Assembly (NCBI GenBank): GCA_029717555.1
Contig: JAMDHS010000023.1
Coordinates: 62,001 to 126,000 of the forward strand
Origin: Peribolospora baueri
Lineage: Eukaryota
Reading direction: 5' to 3'
Length of the DNA: 64,000 bases
This document shows, in pieces, positions 24,700 to 39,693 of the stretch. Positions within the stretch are counted from its first letter, which is position 1. Every line of letters begins with the position of its first letter. The position numbers were made by a program, and so were the translations under genes. The notes beneath the pieces were generated by a model. It did not search any database. It worked only from the letters and a program-made list of their open reading frames with translations, and was not told where the DNA came from.

Positions 24700-26020
24700 G
24701 AGACAGGGGGGTGGGTCGGTCGTCGATCGATCGTCGTGGAGGGGGAGATGGACGTCGTGTCGTGTCGTGTGGTGTGCTAACGATGTATGTATGTATCTTC
24801 CCCCCGGCTGTCCGACTCGGATGGAGCGGACGATCGATCGGACGGGCCCGCGCATCGGGACGAACGGAGACCCGGTCGGGCGACGGTCGCGGAAAGGCGA
24901 CCGAGCGTTCCGACATTTTGGCCATCCTAGGGAGGTTAGTATACTAACCCTACTAACCCCATTCATCTATCCGTCCGTCCGTCCATCCTCTTCCGGATTC
25001 TGGGGGGGGATCGGACCCAAGCACATGTGTCTGTGTACTTTATGCGCCGGTGCGGAGGGAGACGACGGACACCTTCTTCTTCTTCTTCTTCAACTCGGAG
25101 CCTCGCCCGCGTTTGTCCTGCCGGGGCGTCGTGCAAAGGTCGGGAGAGCACATGACGTAATGACATCTTCCAGGGAAACGGGCAAGAAGACCGATCCCAG
25201 TCGGTCGGTTGGTCGGTCGGTCGTGTGTCGTGGTCATGGATGGGGCCGGCCACCGTCGCCGTCGCCGTCGCCGGCCTTGCCTCGCCTCGCCTCGCTTCAC
25301 GCTGCACGCGTTTTGTGGCCGGCGGCGGCGACTTGTTGAGCGTTCGCCTGAGCACGCGACGGTCCACGACGGTCTGGGCCTGTGCAGGAGGGCGAGGGCG
25401 AGAGAGGTGGACTTCTAATTTGAACATGGACATGGATATGGACATGGTCATGGTCGTAATAAAAGATCATAATAGGGTATGAACATGAACATGAACTTGG
25501 ATGAAAATGAACTTGGACGATTCGCGGCACAGATCGCAGATGCACGCGAATTCCACTCCGGTCCGTTGGCCGTGCCGCGGTCTGACTGTGTAAGCGACAC
25601 GGCTTTCGTCCCTCTTCGGTCATCGTCGTCAATCGTCAATCAAGCTAGGCACAAGGCACTTTCTATATCCAGCGCGCCGGCGGGAGGATCTAGGCACAGA
25701 AGGAGGAGACCAGGGCAGAGAGGAGCCAAGCGGAGAAAAGCAATCAAGCAAGCAAGCAAGCAAGCCCGGACGATCAGGCAAGTCGCGCCCGTTTTGGTCG
25801 CCGATCGCCGTCAGCCTTCCCGTCTCGTACAAAAAGGACAACCGACCAACCGACGGCTCGACATTCGTCCTCCACCTCGCTCCCCCTCTTCATGGCCCTC
25901 GCCGTCTTGCGCACGGCCGCGACGGTCGTCGGCCTCGACGTCACCTCCTCTTCCCCTCCCCACCCTTGAGCCTCCTCTCTTGCTTGCCTCTCTTGCCTCT
26001 TGCCTCTTGCCTCTCTTCTG
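24700..26020. repeat. Microsatellite-dense intergenic region between divergent genes
   Basis: Short runs of (ccgt)n, (gtcg)n, (tct)n, (gccgtc)n, (gcctc)n, (atggac)n, (atgaac)n, (gcaa)n and (ttgcctc)n. Confidence 0.85.
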
Positions 26021-26065
26021 CCCCTCGCCTCCCATCCTGCCCCGCTCGGTGCTCCGTTGCCCGCC

Positions 26066-28972
26066 ATGTTCTCTACTCTCCTCCAGCCAACCTCGGTCCG
26101 CCTCTATCTCCTCAACGACGTCATCTTCGTCCACCCCCCAGACCGCCCCGACGACACCCACGACGACCAGACCCTCCGCGGCGTCGTCGAGATCAAGGTC
26201 CCCAGCCCTCGCCGCATCGCCGCCGTCCGCGTTCACCTCGAGGGCGTACAGACGCTCGCCTTCCCAGAGGCCGGCGGCACACTCCGATGGGAAGACAAGG
26301 TGATATTGCACAAGGTCGTCGAGATCGGTTGTCCATCTCCGGCTTCTCCTTCCACGTCCTCTTCACCCGCATCCACCCTCTCCGCCACGTCCTCTTCACC
26401 CGTATACACCCTCTCCGCCACCCCCGCCTCTTCCTCCCCCAGGCCTCCAGCAACCGTCGACTCGCTCCAATCGATCGCCCACCCTCCCTCCGTCGTCGAT
26501 GATGATCCACCCCCTCCACCCAGCACCGCCCCCGACCAGCCTCTCGGCGCTCTTCCTATCCGCGGACCCAGGCGCACGTCCACCTCGCCCGTCGACGAGT
26601 TGGCCAACGCCGTATTTTCGTCTCTGAGCGTCGGCACGGGCAGAGACGACAAGAAGGGCAAGAAAAAGGAGAAGGAGACCGACTCAAAGGAGGCCGTCGC
26701 AGCCAAAAAGGTGGACAAGGGAGGACTGGATTTAGACAAGGGCATCCATGGGTGAGACCGCAGCGCAGGCTTCCCTTTCCTTTCCGTCCCCACTCGTCGC
26801 TAACCGCCGCGCCACTCTTTCATCCATCCCCTCCCAGCTTCGAATTCACTTTCATCATTCCCTCCACCATCGCCGCCTACGAGCGCAGCCGGTACGGTCG
26901 AATCCAGTATTTCGTCTGGGCCACCGCTCACGGCGCCGGTCGGGCGCGCTCGAGCGTAGAAACCCGGAGACACGAGGCCTTCTTCATCCCCAACCCCGGT
27001 CCGGAGGGTGGCCCTCTCCCTCTCGAAGTGTCCCAGACCGGCTTCAACCCTTCCCTCGGCGCTTTCGACCTCCGCATGCTCGCCTCCTCCATCACCGTCG
27101 GCGGCACCTTTCTCTTCGGCTGGCGTCTCCCCTCTCCCTCCCCGCCGCTCGTCGTCTGGTGCGTCCGGCTGAGCTTGGAAGAGGCGGTCGACGTGTGGAG
27201 CGAGGAACGCAAAGCCTGGGTCACCATGCCGCCCCACAGGACTAGGCTTTGGGAGCGCGGCCGCGTGCCGGGCGAAGGACCGAGGGAGACGGACAAGGAG
27301 AAGGAGAAGAGGATGAAGAAGGAAAAGGAAGACGAGGAACGAAAGCGACGGCCGGGAAGGGCGTCGGCCCCCCTGCCGTTCTCCGTCGCCGCCTCGCGCC
27401 TCGGAGGACCTGTCCCTCCAGCCCCCGCGTCGTCCACTTCGGCGGCGGCGGCGGCTGCTTCTTCTCGCCCTAGATCACCCGCCTCTCCCACCGACATCGT
27501 CGTCTCCCCCTCCTCGCCTAGATCCTCTACTACAGCGTCCCCCATCGCGTCCTCGTCATCAAGCGCCAAGCCAACGCCGTCTTCCAAACGCGCCGCCGAC
27601 CGAGTCTCCGCCCCTTCCCAACCCCGCCCGACCCCGCTGCGCGCACCAGGACAAGTCTCTTCAGACGGCTCCTGGTCCGTCCGCGGCCTCGTCCGTCTCC
27701 CGGATCACGACAATATGCGGCCTGGCACGCCGGAATGTACGCGGACGGATATTCGAGTCAGACATACCCTCGTCGTAGAGGTGTTTCATGAGCGAGGTGG
27801 GGCGGAGGAGGAGGAGGGAGTGGTGAACGGAGGGGACAGAAGCGGAGGGATCAAGGTGTTCACGCTCAGGAAGGCGGCGCTCATCCCAAGCGTGAGTGCA
27901 TCGGAGTGAGGCTGCCTCTGCAAGGGAACGAAGGGTACGATACTGACCATCTCCCACCACCGCCTCGGCCTATCCGTGCTATATCCATCCCATCCCACAG
28001 TGCTGCTGCACCCTCGAAACCCTCCACCTCCCCGCCTATTCCCCTTCCCCTTTCCCGTCCCCTTCGGACGGCAAAGCTCCCACCTCCTACTCCGGCTTTT
28101 CCCCACATCAAGTCTACTTCCCCACCGGCCCTCCGCCTCCTCCTTTTGATTTGGCACAGCCGCCGCAAGGCAAAGCGGTGGAACCGAAAGCGGGGGCGGG
28201 GCCGGGTAAGCGATCGTCTCGAGACGGGTTGTCGTCGTCGTCGAGCGGCCCGACCGCATCCAAATCCACGACCAACCCCGCACCGCTCCCATCCCTCCCT
28301 TCTCTTCTCACTTCGGCCCGCATCTCCCCCGCCACCGCCGCCCCCACATCCACCTCGTCCGTCCACCGCGACCACCACCCGAACGCGCCCCGGTCTCTGC
28401 CTCCCAACACGCCCTGGGCGGACACGACGGGATATTTTTTCGGTTCCCACGCACGCGCCCGCTATTCGTCCTCGCATTCCAGGTCGGGCTCGAACTCGCG
28501 TTCCGTGTCGACGCCCGGCTCGGCGTCGGCGGGAGGCTCGTCTGCACCTTCGTCCCCGGCTGCCGGCGTCGCGGCGGACGGCGGCAGCGGCGGCGGCGGC
28601 AGTAGTACCCCTACGACCGGCGGCACCACCGCCGCCGAGGGACACGCTCGACGGGAGAGCCCTGCGCACGCGCACTGCATGTGCGGAATGAGTGCGCGCA
28701 GGGTGGGGGAGAAGGAGCGGGAGCTGATCGGCAGGAGTTGGTTGGGCGATCATCTGGACTGGGCCAACGAGGAGGCCCTCGAATGGGCTCCTTGCGGCGG
28801 CGGGGGGGGCGGGGGGAAGTCGTCGATTTGGGAGAGCGATTTGGATTTTGATTGGGAGGCGGAGTGGGGCCACAGGGAGAGGAGGACGGCGAGGGAGGTT
28901 GCGGAGAGCGAGGCGGCCGTCGAGGGGAGGAAGGTTGGCGAGGTGGCCGTCGGGACGAGGGTTGGACGGTGA
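26066..28972 (+). CDS. Alpha-arrestin-like protein
   Basis: LRGVVEIKVP..RRI..VRVHLEG, LDKGIHGFEFTFIIPSTIAAYERSRYGRIQY, RPGT...IRVRHTLVVEV, and CCCTLETLHLPAYSP (LPxY motif). Introns at about 26753-26837 and 27892-28000. Confidence 0.8.
26352..26430 (+). repeat. 33-nt in-frame tandem duplication within the arrestin-like gene
   Basis: ccacgtcctcttcacccgcatccaccctctccg followed by ccacgtcctcttcacccgtatacaccctctccg, then a partial third unit. Encodes TSSSPASTLSA-TSSSPVYTLSA. Confidence 0.9.
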
Positions 28973-29350
28973 CCTGCGCCACCGCACCGCTATCGAAGAG
29001 GCGACGCCCTCTTCTTATCTTTGGATTTGGGGCGGATACCGGACGTTTGTTCCCCGTGTCATGTCAATGCGCTATGCTACTTCTTTTCGGAAATTGGGAT
29101 CTCCGTCGGAATGCATTTGTCTATCTATCCATCTATCTATCTGAACGGCTCGCCGTCCGCCTCGGGGTACGTCCCGGGGAACCGTCGGACTTGGGGGACG
29201 GTTGAGTGGGGCCCGTGCGCGGAACGAAATGTTGCTGCGGCAACAACGCTTGGTCAGCGTCCGAGCCACGTAGCATAAGTAGAAGAAAGCCCCTCCCCCC
29301 ACAAAGGTACGAAGGTGCACCAAAGCTAAAGAGCGCCGCCGTCGCTCGTC

Positions 29351-29899
29351 ATGTCATACCTCGCCAGCTCGCCGTCGCCCAACAATAACGCCAACGCCGA
29401 CGCCGGAACGGGCACGGGCACCACACGCCGACGAGGCAACCGGTCTCGTCGCAGCCCTCCAAAGCCGTCCTCCTCCTCGCCCAACAACAAGGCCTCCGCG
29501 ACGACCCGCCTCCTAGGCCACACGACCCGCCTCCAGCGCCTGCTCTTGCTCCTCGCCTTCACGACGCTCCTCCTCGTCGGCCTCTATGCCTTCCGGTTGA
29601 GAAACAAGGTGCTGGCGGGAGTCGAACGGAGGGGGCCTGGCGTGAAAGGAGGAGGAGGAGGAGGGGAAGCCGTCGTCGGCGAGGATTCCAAGCTCGGTCG
29701 CCCCGCCGCTCGGGTTCGGCTGGCCCACGACGAGAAGAAGGAAGAAGAAGAGGAGGAGGAGGAGGAGACGGTGGAGCAGAAGAGGGCAAAGTTGGATAAC
29801 TTTCTGAAGGAGATGGACGTCGATCAGTTGAGGGCATTGTTCGATGCTGCTCTCAGAGACGGGAACGGCCGAGGGGGCGGGGGAGGAGGGCAGGAATGA
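29351..29899 (+). CDS. Hypothetical single-pass membrane protein (182 aa)
   Basis: Single-exon ORF with a basic low-complexity N-terminus, one TM segment (LLLLLAFTTLLLVGLYAF), poly-G and poly-E tracts, and a helical tail. It fills the gap between two genes. Confidence 0.6.
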   Translation: MSYLASSPSPNNNANADAGTGTGTTRRRGNRSRRSPPKPSSSSPNNKASATTRLLGHTTRLQRLLLLLAFTTLLLVGLYAFRLRNKVLAGVERRGPGVKGGGGGGEAVVGEDSKLGRPAARVRLAHDEKKEEEEEEEEETVEQKRAKLDNFLKEMDVDQLRALFDAALRDGNGRGGGGGGQE

Positions 29900-30244
29900 A
29901 TTTCGCGGGGGAGGGCAGGACCGATGGAGTAGTGCACCGAGTCGACATGATCACATGGGCAAGAAAAGAAACGATATGGTGAGCGGGAGAGCGGGCGCGT
30001 CTCGGTTGCAATGCGTTGATTCAATGACCTCTCTCTTCACACCCTTTCCATACAGCCTCCTCTAGAGCCGCCTCCACCACATGTAGCGCACATCCAGTAC
30101 ACGGTAGCTCAAGGTACCGAAACTGTGTCACCTAACAGCGTGCCGGTGTATCTAGCGAGCCTAGCCTCCACACACATCCCGCCCCACCGGGCCCCTGTGC
30201 CTTGATAAAGGAGGACGAGCGAGCCCGGAGAACAAGTCCAATCA

Positions 30245-33025
30245 TCATTTGTTGCCCAACGAGTCAATCTCCTTGCGGATCTGAGCCTCCGCCTTGATCT
30301 TCTCTAGCTGGGTGAGCTGTGGGCACGCACAAACGAAGAGTATGAGAGTCAGTCCAGCTGTCGAAACGACAGACACTAAATCCAGCTGTGAACGCCACAA
30401 CCGTGTCCTGGCTGGCAACCCACTTCGAGCTTCTCTCCCTTCTTCTGCTTCTCCTTGAGCTCCTCGATCGCCTTGATCTTCTTGTTCAAGTTCCTCAGTC
30501 TCTTGTCCACCGGCGTAGCTTCCGCAGCCTCTGCGCCAGAAGCCTGAGCGGTAGCTTGCGATGCAGTAGCGCCCGCCGGACTGGCTTGCGCGGGAGACGC
30601 TTGACCGTTGGCCGCGCCGTCACCCTTCTTCGCCCCGCCGGCGCCGCCTTTCTTCTTGCCTTTCGCGCCTCGGTCTTCTCCTCGCGCGCCAGGCCTTCCA
30701 GCAGCACCCCCAGGCGGCGGCGCTCCAGGCACTCGACGGGGGCTCGCCGCCGCACCCGGAACGTACTTCCCATTCTGCTGAGACGCCGGACCAGGGCGAG
30801 TGGGGGTGGAAGTGCCGGAGCCGGCTTCGTCTTCGCGCTTGAAAATAGAAGGGGTCGAGCTGCCTCGCGCTCCAGGGGGGCGATACACGCCAGCCGGCTT
30901 GGGCGCCGGACTCTTCGTGGCCAGGAAGAGAGCTACCGTTGGCGAGGGTTGGGGTGCCGAGGGGAGCGCGCCCTTCGGCAAGGTAAATTGCTCCTCGTTG
31001 TTCGTCGGCCTCCATGATGCCTGTGAAGAAAAGGGTCGAAAGCAATATCAGCAACGGGCGGCCGGCGACAAGGGGGGCGAGAATGCTTGTCCCGTACCTG
31101 ATACAGCTCCTCGATCACTTCGACATGCATCAGCGCCCCGTTCCAATACCAGATCTTGACGCCGTTATCGACCCTCAACCTTGGACTGAGCGTGGCTGTG
31201 AGCAAGAATTTCCCGTTGGGGCTCCACTCGCACACGGAAGAGTTGCTCGCCTCCCAGCTCGCCACCTTGCCCTTCTCCAAGTTCTCTCGGTCCCACACGT
31301 CCACCGTGCCGTTCAGGTTTCCAAAGCCGGCCACGCAGATCAGTCGGCCCTGAGGGTTGAATGAGACAAAGTTGCGAGGAAGCGTCCCGAGGTCGGCGAT
31401 CACTTTGACGCGCTGGTTGAAAAGCACTGTTTTGGAGGGCATGTCTGCGCGAATGTTCCAAGTACCAATCCGGTCAGCCTAGCACGATAACTGTATCGGT
31501 TTAGAACTGGATTATTCACATCCGTAGGAGATGACGAACTCCGTGTTCGTCGGGGACCAATCGAAGTCGTGAATCGGCCCCTCTTTGTCTGTAGGAACGG
31601 TAACCGTTGTGCAATCAAGTGTGTCAGTCCGCGAATCCTGGGCCTAACAAACCGACCTTCTCGTGCTCACCCAGCATGACTCTGCAGTCGAAATCGCCCC
31701 TCCTGGTCATGAAATACAAATTGGTCTCCCCATAATAGCTCTTGTTGCTCTTGTCCACGTCCGTGGTGGCGAGGCAGAGCAGAGCTTGGCCACGCTTGTG
31801 CCACTTCATCTGGATCTTGTCCGCTTTGAAGAAAGTCTTTTGGGAGAGAGGGACTGGCGGCGTTGTGGGCGACGGGATGAGGGACGCAAGGTCGTAGATT
31901 TTCACTGATGCTGGCGCGCCCTATTTCGATTCGCATAGAACAGGCCCACCAAATCACCGTTAGATAGGGTTATAGCAACGAGAGGTAAAGACTACGCACC
32001 TTCTTCTCGCCCGCAAACACAGCCACAGCCGGATCTACTCCGGGGCTGAGGGCGAAGCTGGTGATTCCACTCTCGAGCTTCAGCCTACCCACGACTCCCT
32101 TTTCTCGGAACGATCTAGGATCGTACACCTGAATCTCTGAGGACACCATTCGGAGGGCATATTTGTCATCCGCCGTGAATTGGAATTGCCTGGTGTCGAA
32201 AAAGGAAGACAGCCGCCACTCTTGAGCATTGATACGCGCCATACCTCCAAAGGTACTGCCGGACAACATAGCCAATTGTCGAAGATCATCTAACCCGTAC
32301 TCACCATCCCTCCAGGCTCCGCCTCTCGTAGCTAGCCAACTCCTCTCCTGTTTGCGTGTCCCAGATCTTGAGGTTACGAGACATGCTCCCGTCCTCTAGC
32401 TTGACGGGTCGCTCCCAAGTGCTGAGGAAGTTGTCTCGAGGGGAGAACTGCAGGTCGGCGACGTTGGTGACGGGGAGATCGCGTACGACTGAGCAAGAGG
32501 TTGTTGTCGTCGCCGTGTCAAGGATACGAACGCTGACGATGGTGGAGAGTTGAGGAGAGCGAGGCATTTTCAGCAAGGGAAGGAAGGGGCACAAAGGCAG
32601 CGCACGAGCTTGCCCACGACGAGAACAGGAAGAGCCAAGACGCGCACTCACCTCCCAGCAAAAGCACATGCAAGCATACGGCCGTCAGGGGAGTAAGTAT
32701 AGGTGCGGATCACACCCTCTGGCTTGTCGAACCCGTCCAGGGGCGCGTACGTGGGATCCCCCGAGACGATGCCGATCGAATTTTGAGAGCGGTCTGCAGT
32801 CCAGTCGGTTCGTCAACGAGGCAGGATTGGTTGGCCAGTCCGAAAAAACATGTCGACAAGGAAAAGGGCATAGCGATGTTCGCCATCAGCTATTCGTCGC
32901 CAGAGTCGGCCGGAGAGCGCGTTCGCAGTTACGAGCGGACAAGACATGTGGCGCCACCTACAGGCATACTGCAAAGCAGAAGCAGGCCGGGCAGCCTGAG
33001 CTTGGACTTTTGGCGAGTCGGACAT
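30245..33025 (-). CDS. Eukaryotic translation initiation factor 2A
   Basis: Spliced YRSQNSIG, FSPRDNFLSTWER, KTFFKADKIQMKW, DVDKSNKSYYGETNLY, GPIHDFDWSP, AGFGNLNG, TATLSPRLRVDNG, GVYRPPGARG, RNLNKKIKAIEELK. Confidence 0.95.
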
Positions 33026-33500
33026 CCTGAATCGCAGATGTCCTTTCTAATTTGGATTCTCGATGGGGTGCTTGACAGAAGAGTCGAGCCCGAGCGTCGG
33101 AAGAGGCAGACGGGCTTACGAGCAGCAATATGGGAGCAAACCGTTCCCTCCAGCACAAGGAATTGACAGAGAAGCTGAGCGTACGGCGGCCGTCGGAGTG
33201 CTACCTGGCCTCTGGCGAGGTCGAAGAGGCGAGACGAGGGATGGGATGAGGTGAAGAACGGAATCCGTGGTCGGAAGATGGAAAAGTCGACGCTCACAGC
33301 GCTCGCTCACTTCAGCCTCCGCTTTCGCGGCCGGCTTCTTTCCCCGCTCAACACCGCTCTTCCCCGAACGCGATTTTCCTCCGCCGCAGTCAATCCGGAC
33401 CTGCGCGACGTTCGAAGGTTCGTTCGATGCTGCGACTTTACACCTTCGCCTGCTCGACGTCTGGCGCCCCTTCCACCTTCTCATTCTCTCCTTCTCTGCG

Positions 33501-36919
<3,419 letters not shown>

Positions 36920-37534
36920 TTCGATCCTGCCGTCTCCCAGCTTTGCTGTCTGCGTTTCAAGCCTCTTTTTCGTCGAATCATAGGCCTTTCTTCTCCCGTC
37001 TCTCCAATGATCCCCCCCCCCCCTTCATGTCGCTTTCTCTTTTCTCTATGTAGTCTTAGACATCGAAACATGACTCAACACCTGCTTGACGATTGTCGCA
37101 CACCATCGCTATCGAAGTGAGGTGCTACCCCTGGATCCGACCCAAGTTTTCTTGACGCCCATCGCGTCCTGGGGCGACTCCTTATGCTAGAATCATCGAT
37201 GCAGGTAAGACCAGCTGAAGGAGCACAAAGGGACCTTTATTGTCGATTCGTCGGCCCGTCGAAAGGATAACGGTGGGTTAACGATCGCAGATCTAGGCTG
37301 GCGTATCTCATACCGCGCACGCGACGTCGAAGTGCAAGCAAGCTGATCGCCTCGGAGACTCGCGAGCTCGCCGCCCCTTCGCAGGACGACTAGAGGATGG
37401 CCTTTTTAAATACGTGCCTCAGGGTTTCCCGACAAAGGACAGGACTACCTTCCATCAAAGCGTCAGTGTCGAGAAACCGGATGGTCTGGACTAGAGAGAA
37501 TTCGCCGCCTTTTTAGATGAGGTGAGAAGGTGAT

Positions 37535-38083
37535 TCACGACGTCTCGGTGACCGCAAGATACGCCGACAATGGGTCCTGAGCCAAATGTTGCGTCGGACC
37601 GAGGTCAGCTACGTCTGCACCGGTCTTTAATACGAGACGCGCCCCGCAGGTGCGGCCCAGGCCGGCCAGCATTACGCCGAGAGAGCAGCTCACCGCCCAG
37701 ACTTCATACCGGGCCAACAAGTCGCGTTCATCAAAGACGAGGCGGTAGAGGAATGTCTCCTCCCACCCTCTTCCCGTCCTCGCCGCCTCAAACCTCCCTT
37801 GTCCTCTGACGTATACCACCCGATCCTGCGCACGCTCATCGTCCGCGGGTACGAACTCAACGAATTCCATCTTGACAACCTTGAGCGTCTGCTCGAGCAA
37901 AGTAAGGTACGACGAGAGCCCGTCGTGGCCGTGGAAGTCTCGGCCAAGGAAGGGCAAGGCGGGGTGCGCGGGCCCGTGCTCGTGGATGAGGCTGATGGGG
38001 GAGAAGAGAGAAGAGAGGTCAGAGGAGGCGGAGGCGAAGGCCTCGCAGACTCGCTGGGCAAGTTTGGTGGTGCTTGTTGTCAT
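37535..38083 (-). CDS. SnoaL-like/NTF2 (ketosteroid-isomerase-fold) protein
   Basis: IHEHG...LPFLGRDFHG, VYVRGQGRF...TGRGWEETFLYRL, YEVWA|DPLSAYLA. One 117-nt GT-AG intron at 37693-37577, giving about 143 aa after splicing. Confidence 0.8.
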   Translation of the reverse strand: MTTSTTKLAQRVCEAFASASSDLSSLFSPISLIHEHGPAHPALPFLGRDFHGHDGLSSYLTLLEQTLKVVKMEFVEFVPADDERAQDRVVYVRGQGRFEAARTGRGWEETFLYRLVFDERDLLARYEVWAVSCSLGVMLAGLGRTCGARLVLKTGADVADLGPTQHLAQDPLSAYLAVTETS

Positions 38084-38288
38084 CGTTGTTGGTGGCTGCC
38101 AAGGGGAGCCTGGCTACGGGCGGTCTCGTAAACGACGTTCTTGTCGTGGTGGTGAAGGCCGTCGTCCTCGAGCGGACAGTCGAGCTGGATGATGACGTCA
38201 TGGATTGACCGTCGATCACGCGCCCGACGGAAGAAGGCCGCCGACATCGGCTTTCCTTCTTCTTTTCTTCGTCCACGCACCCAACCTT

Positions 38289-38364
38289 AACGACCCGACG
38301 AACGACTCGACGAACGACTTGAAGAACGATTTGAAGAACGACCCTCTGACGACTCGACGAACGA
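38289..38364 (+). repeat. 12-nt minisatellite (AACGAYYYGAMG, about 6 units)
   Basis: aacgacccgacg aacgactcgacg aacgacttgaag aacgatttgaag aacgaccctct gacgactcgacg aacga. Confidence 0.85.
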
Positions 38365-38391
38365 AGCATACCGCCGCCAAGGGAGACGAGA

Positions 38392-39693
38392 ATGCCGGCA
38401 TTCACCCCACTCACCTCCTTCGTCTCCAACCTCGCCGGCGCCAACGGGTCGATTGGCGTGTATGACGCCCTGGTTGACGTCTTCCGGTTCATGCTCCTTG
38501 TTAGCCCCGTGCTCTGCTTCGTCGATGCTCCGCACGGCAAGTTCGGCACTTGGGGCGCCCAAGGTCGCTGGTCGACAGTCGATGGTGCGTCGGACTGTGC
38601 GGTGAACGCCTTCTCGTGGGTTTCGGAAGCCGCCTATTAACGGCCGTTCGCGCTCCTTCTTTCAAATTCAGGTCGCTGGGGCTGGATGGCGATGGAACTC
38701 GTATCGCCTATCATCTTCCTGCTTTCCCTCCTTTCTTCGGATCTATCCCCCGATTCCGCCGAACTCCTCTCCATGCCTCGGCTGGAACGGCTTTCAGAGC
38801 TCCCCTGGCCCTCCAAGATCTTCGTGGCCGCCTTCCTCATCCACTACCTCAACCGCGCCGTCCTCTCCCCGCTCCGCTCGCCAGCACGCTCCCGTATGCA
38901 CCTTCTCGTCGTCGTCTCAGCCGTCATATATAACCTTCTGAACGGCTATCTTCTCGGGGCGTGGCTGGGCGGCCGCGCTCAGATAGAGGGTCGCATGGGC
39001 GTCGTCACACCTGAAGAGCTCAGCGCCGACGCTCCCGCTGGATGGTACGCTCGGGCGATGTTCTGGGTAGGGATGGCGCTCTGGGCACTCGGCGCGGCTG
39101 GGAACATCGTTCACGACGAGATCCTTATGAACCTCAGGAGGTCAGGCAAGAAGTCGCACGGGAATGGAGACAAAACCATCGCCAACGGTGGTGCCGGCGC
39201 CGAGCACACAGAACAGCAAGCGCAACCGGTTTATCGCATCCCCCATGGCCTGCTGTTTGAGCTGGTCTCGTACCCGAACTACCTCTGCGAGTGGCTCGAA
39301 TGGTTCGGTTTTGCCCTCGCCGCCTCGGTCTGCTTCCTACCGGTGGCCCCTCCGGTTTCCGCCTCTGTCACTCTTTCTCCGCCTGCAAAGCTCCCCTTCT
39401 TCACGATCTTCTCAAACCTCCTCAACCGCTCTCCCAGCGCCCCTATCCCAGCAGCTCCCCTTCCGACCCCTCCCCCGCCTCTCAGGGGCGTGACGCTGGT
39501 AAAAGCTTTGAGCCGCTTCCCGCCGCTGCTCTTCTTCCTCACCGAGGTGGCGTTCATGATGCCCCGCACCGTGCGAGGACATTGGTGGTACCACGAAAAG
39601 TTCGGTGTGGAGGGACAGGGCGCGGAGGAGAAGGTCAAGGGCGAGGGAAAGTACCCGAAGAAAAGGAGGGCCGTCATCCCTTTTTTGCTTTGA
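38392..39693 (+). CDS. 3-oxo-5-alpha-steroid 4-dehydrogenase (steroid 5-alpha-reductase, SRD5A1/DET2-like)
   Basis: Exons 38392-38584 and 38672-39693. Motifs: APHGKF, GW.AMELVSP, HYLNRA, NLLNGY, GNIVHDEILMNLR, YRIPHGLLFELVSYPNYLCEWLEW, HWWYHEKF, YPKKRRAVIPFLL. Confidence 0.93.

Noticed and set aside
24944..24960. tactaaccctactaacccc as an interstitial telomere
   Set aside because: Only two imperfect units, not a (TTAGGG)n array.
27881..28987. Long antisense or alternative-frame ORFs (e.g. 27881-28987, 52561-53628, 44653-45558, 22061-23014, 10617-11480)
   Set aside because: These are shadow ORFs of real genes in GC-rich sequence, with Arg/Pro/Ser-rich translations and no motifs.
37070..37400. 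Intron-like signals (CAG|GTAAGA ... gctgat ... cttcgcag) downstream of MEF1
   Set aside because: No credible ORF is formed. It may be a UTR or ncRNA intron or chance, and cannot be supported.
38289..38364. CRISPR-like array
   Set aside because: The units are contiguous 12-mers with no spacers, the context is eukaryotic, and there are no cas genes.
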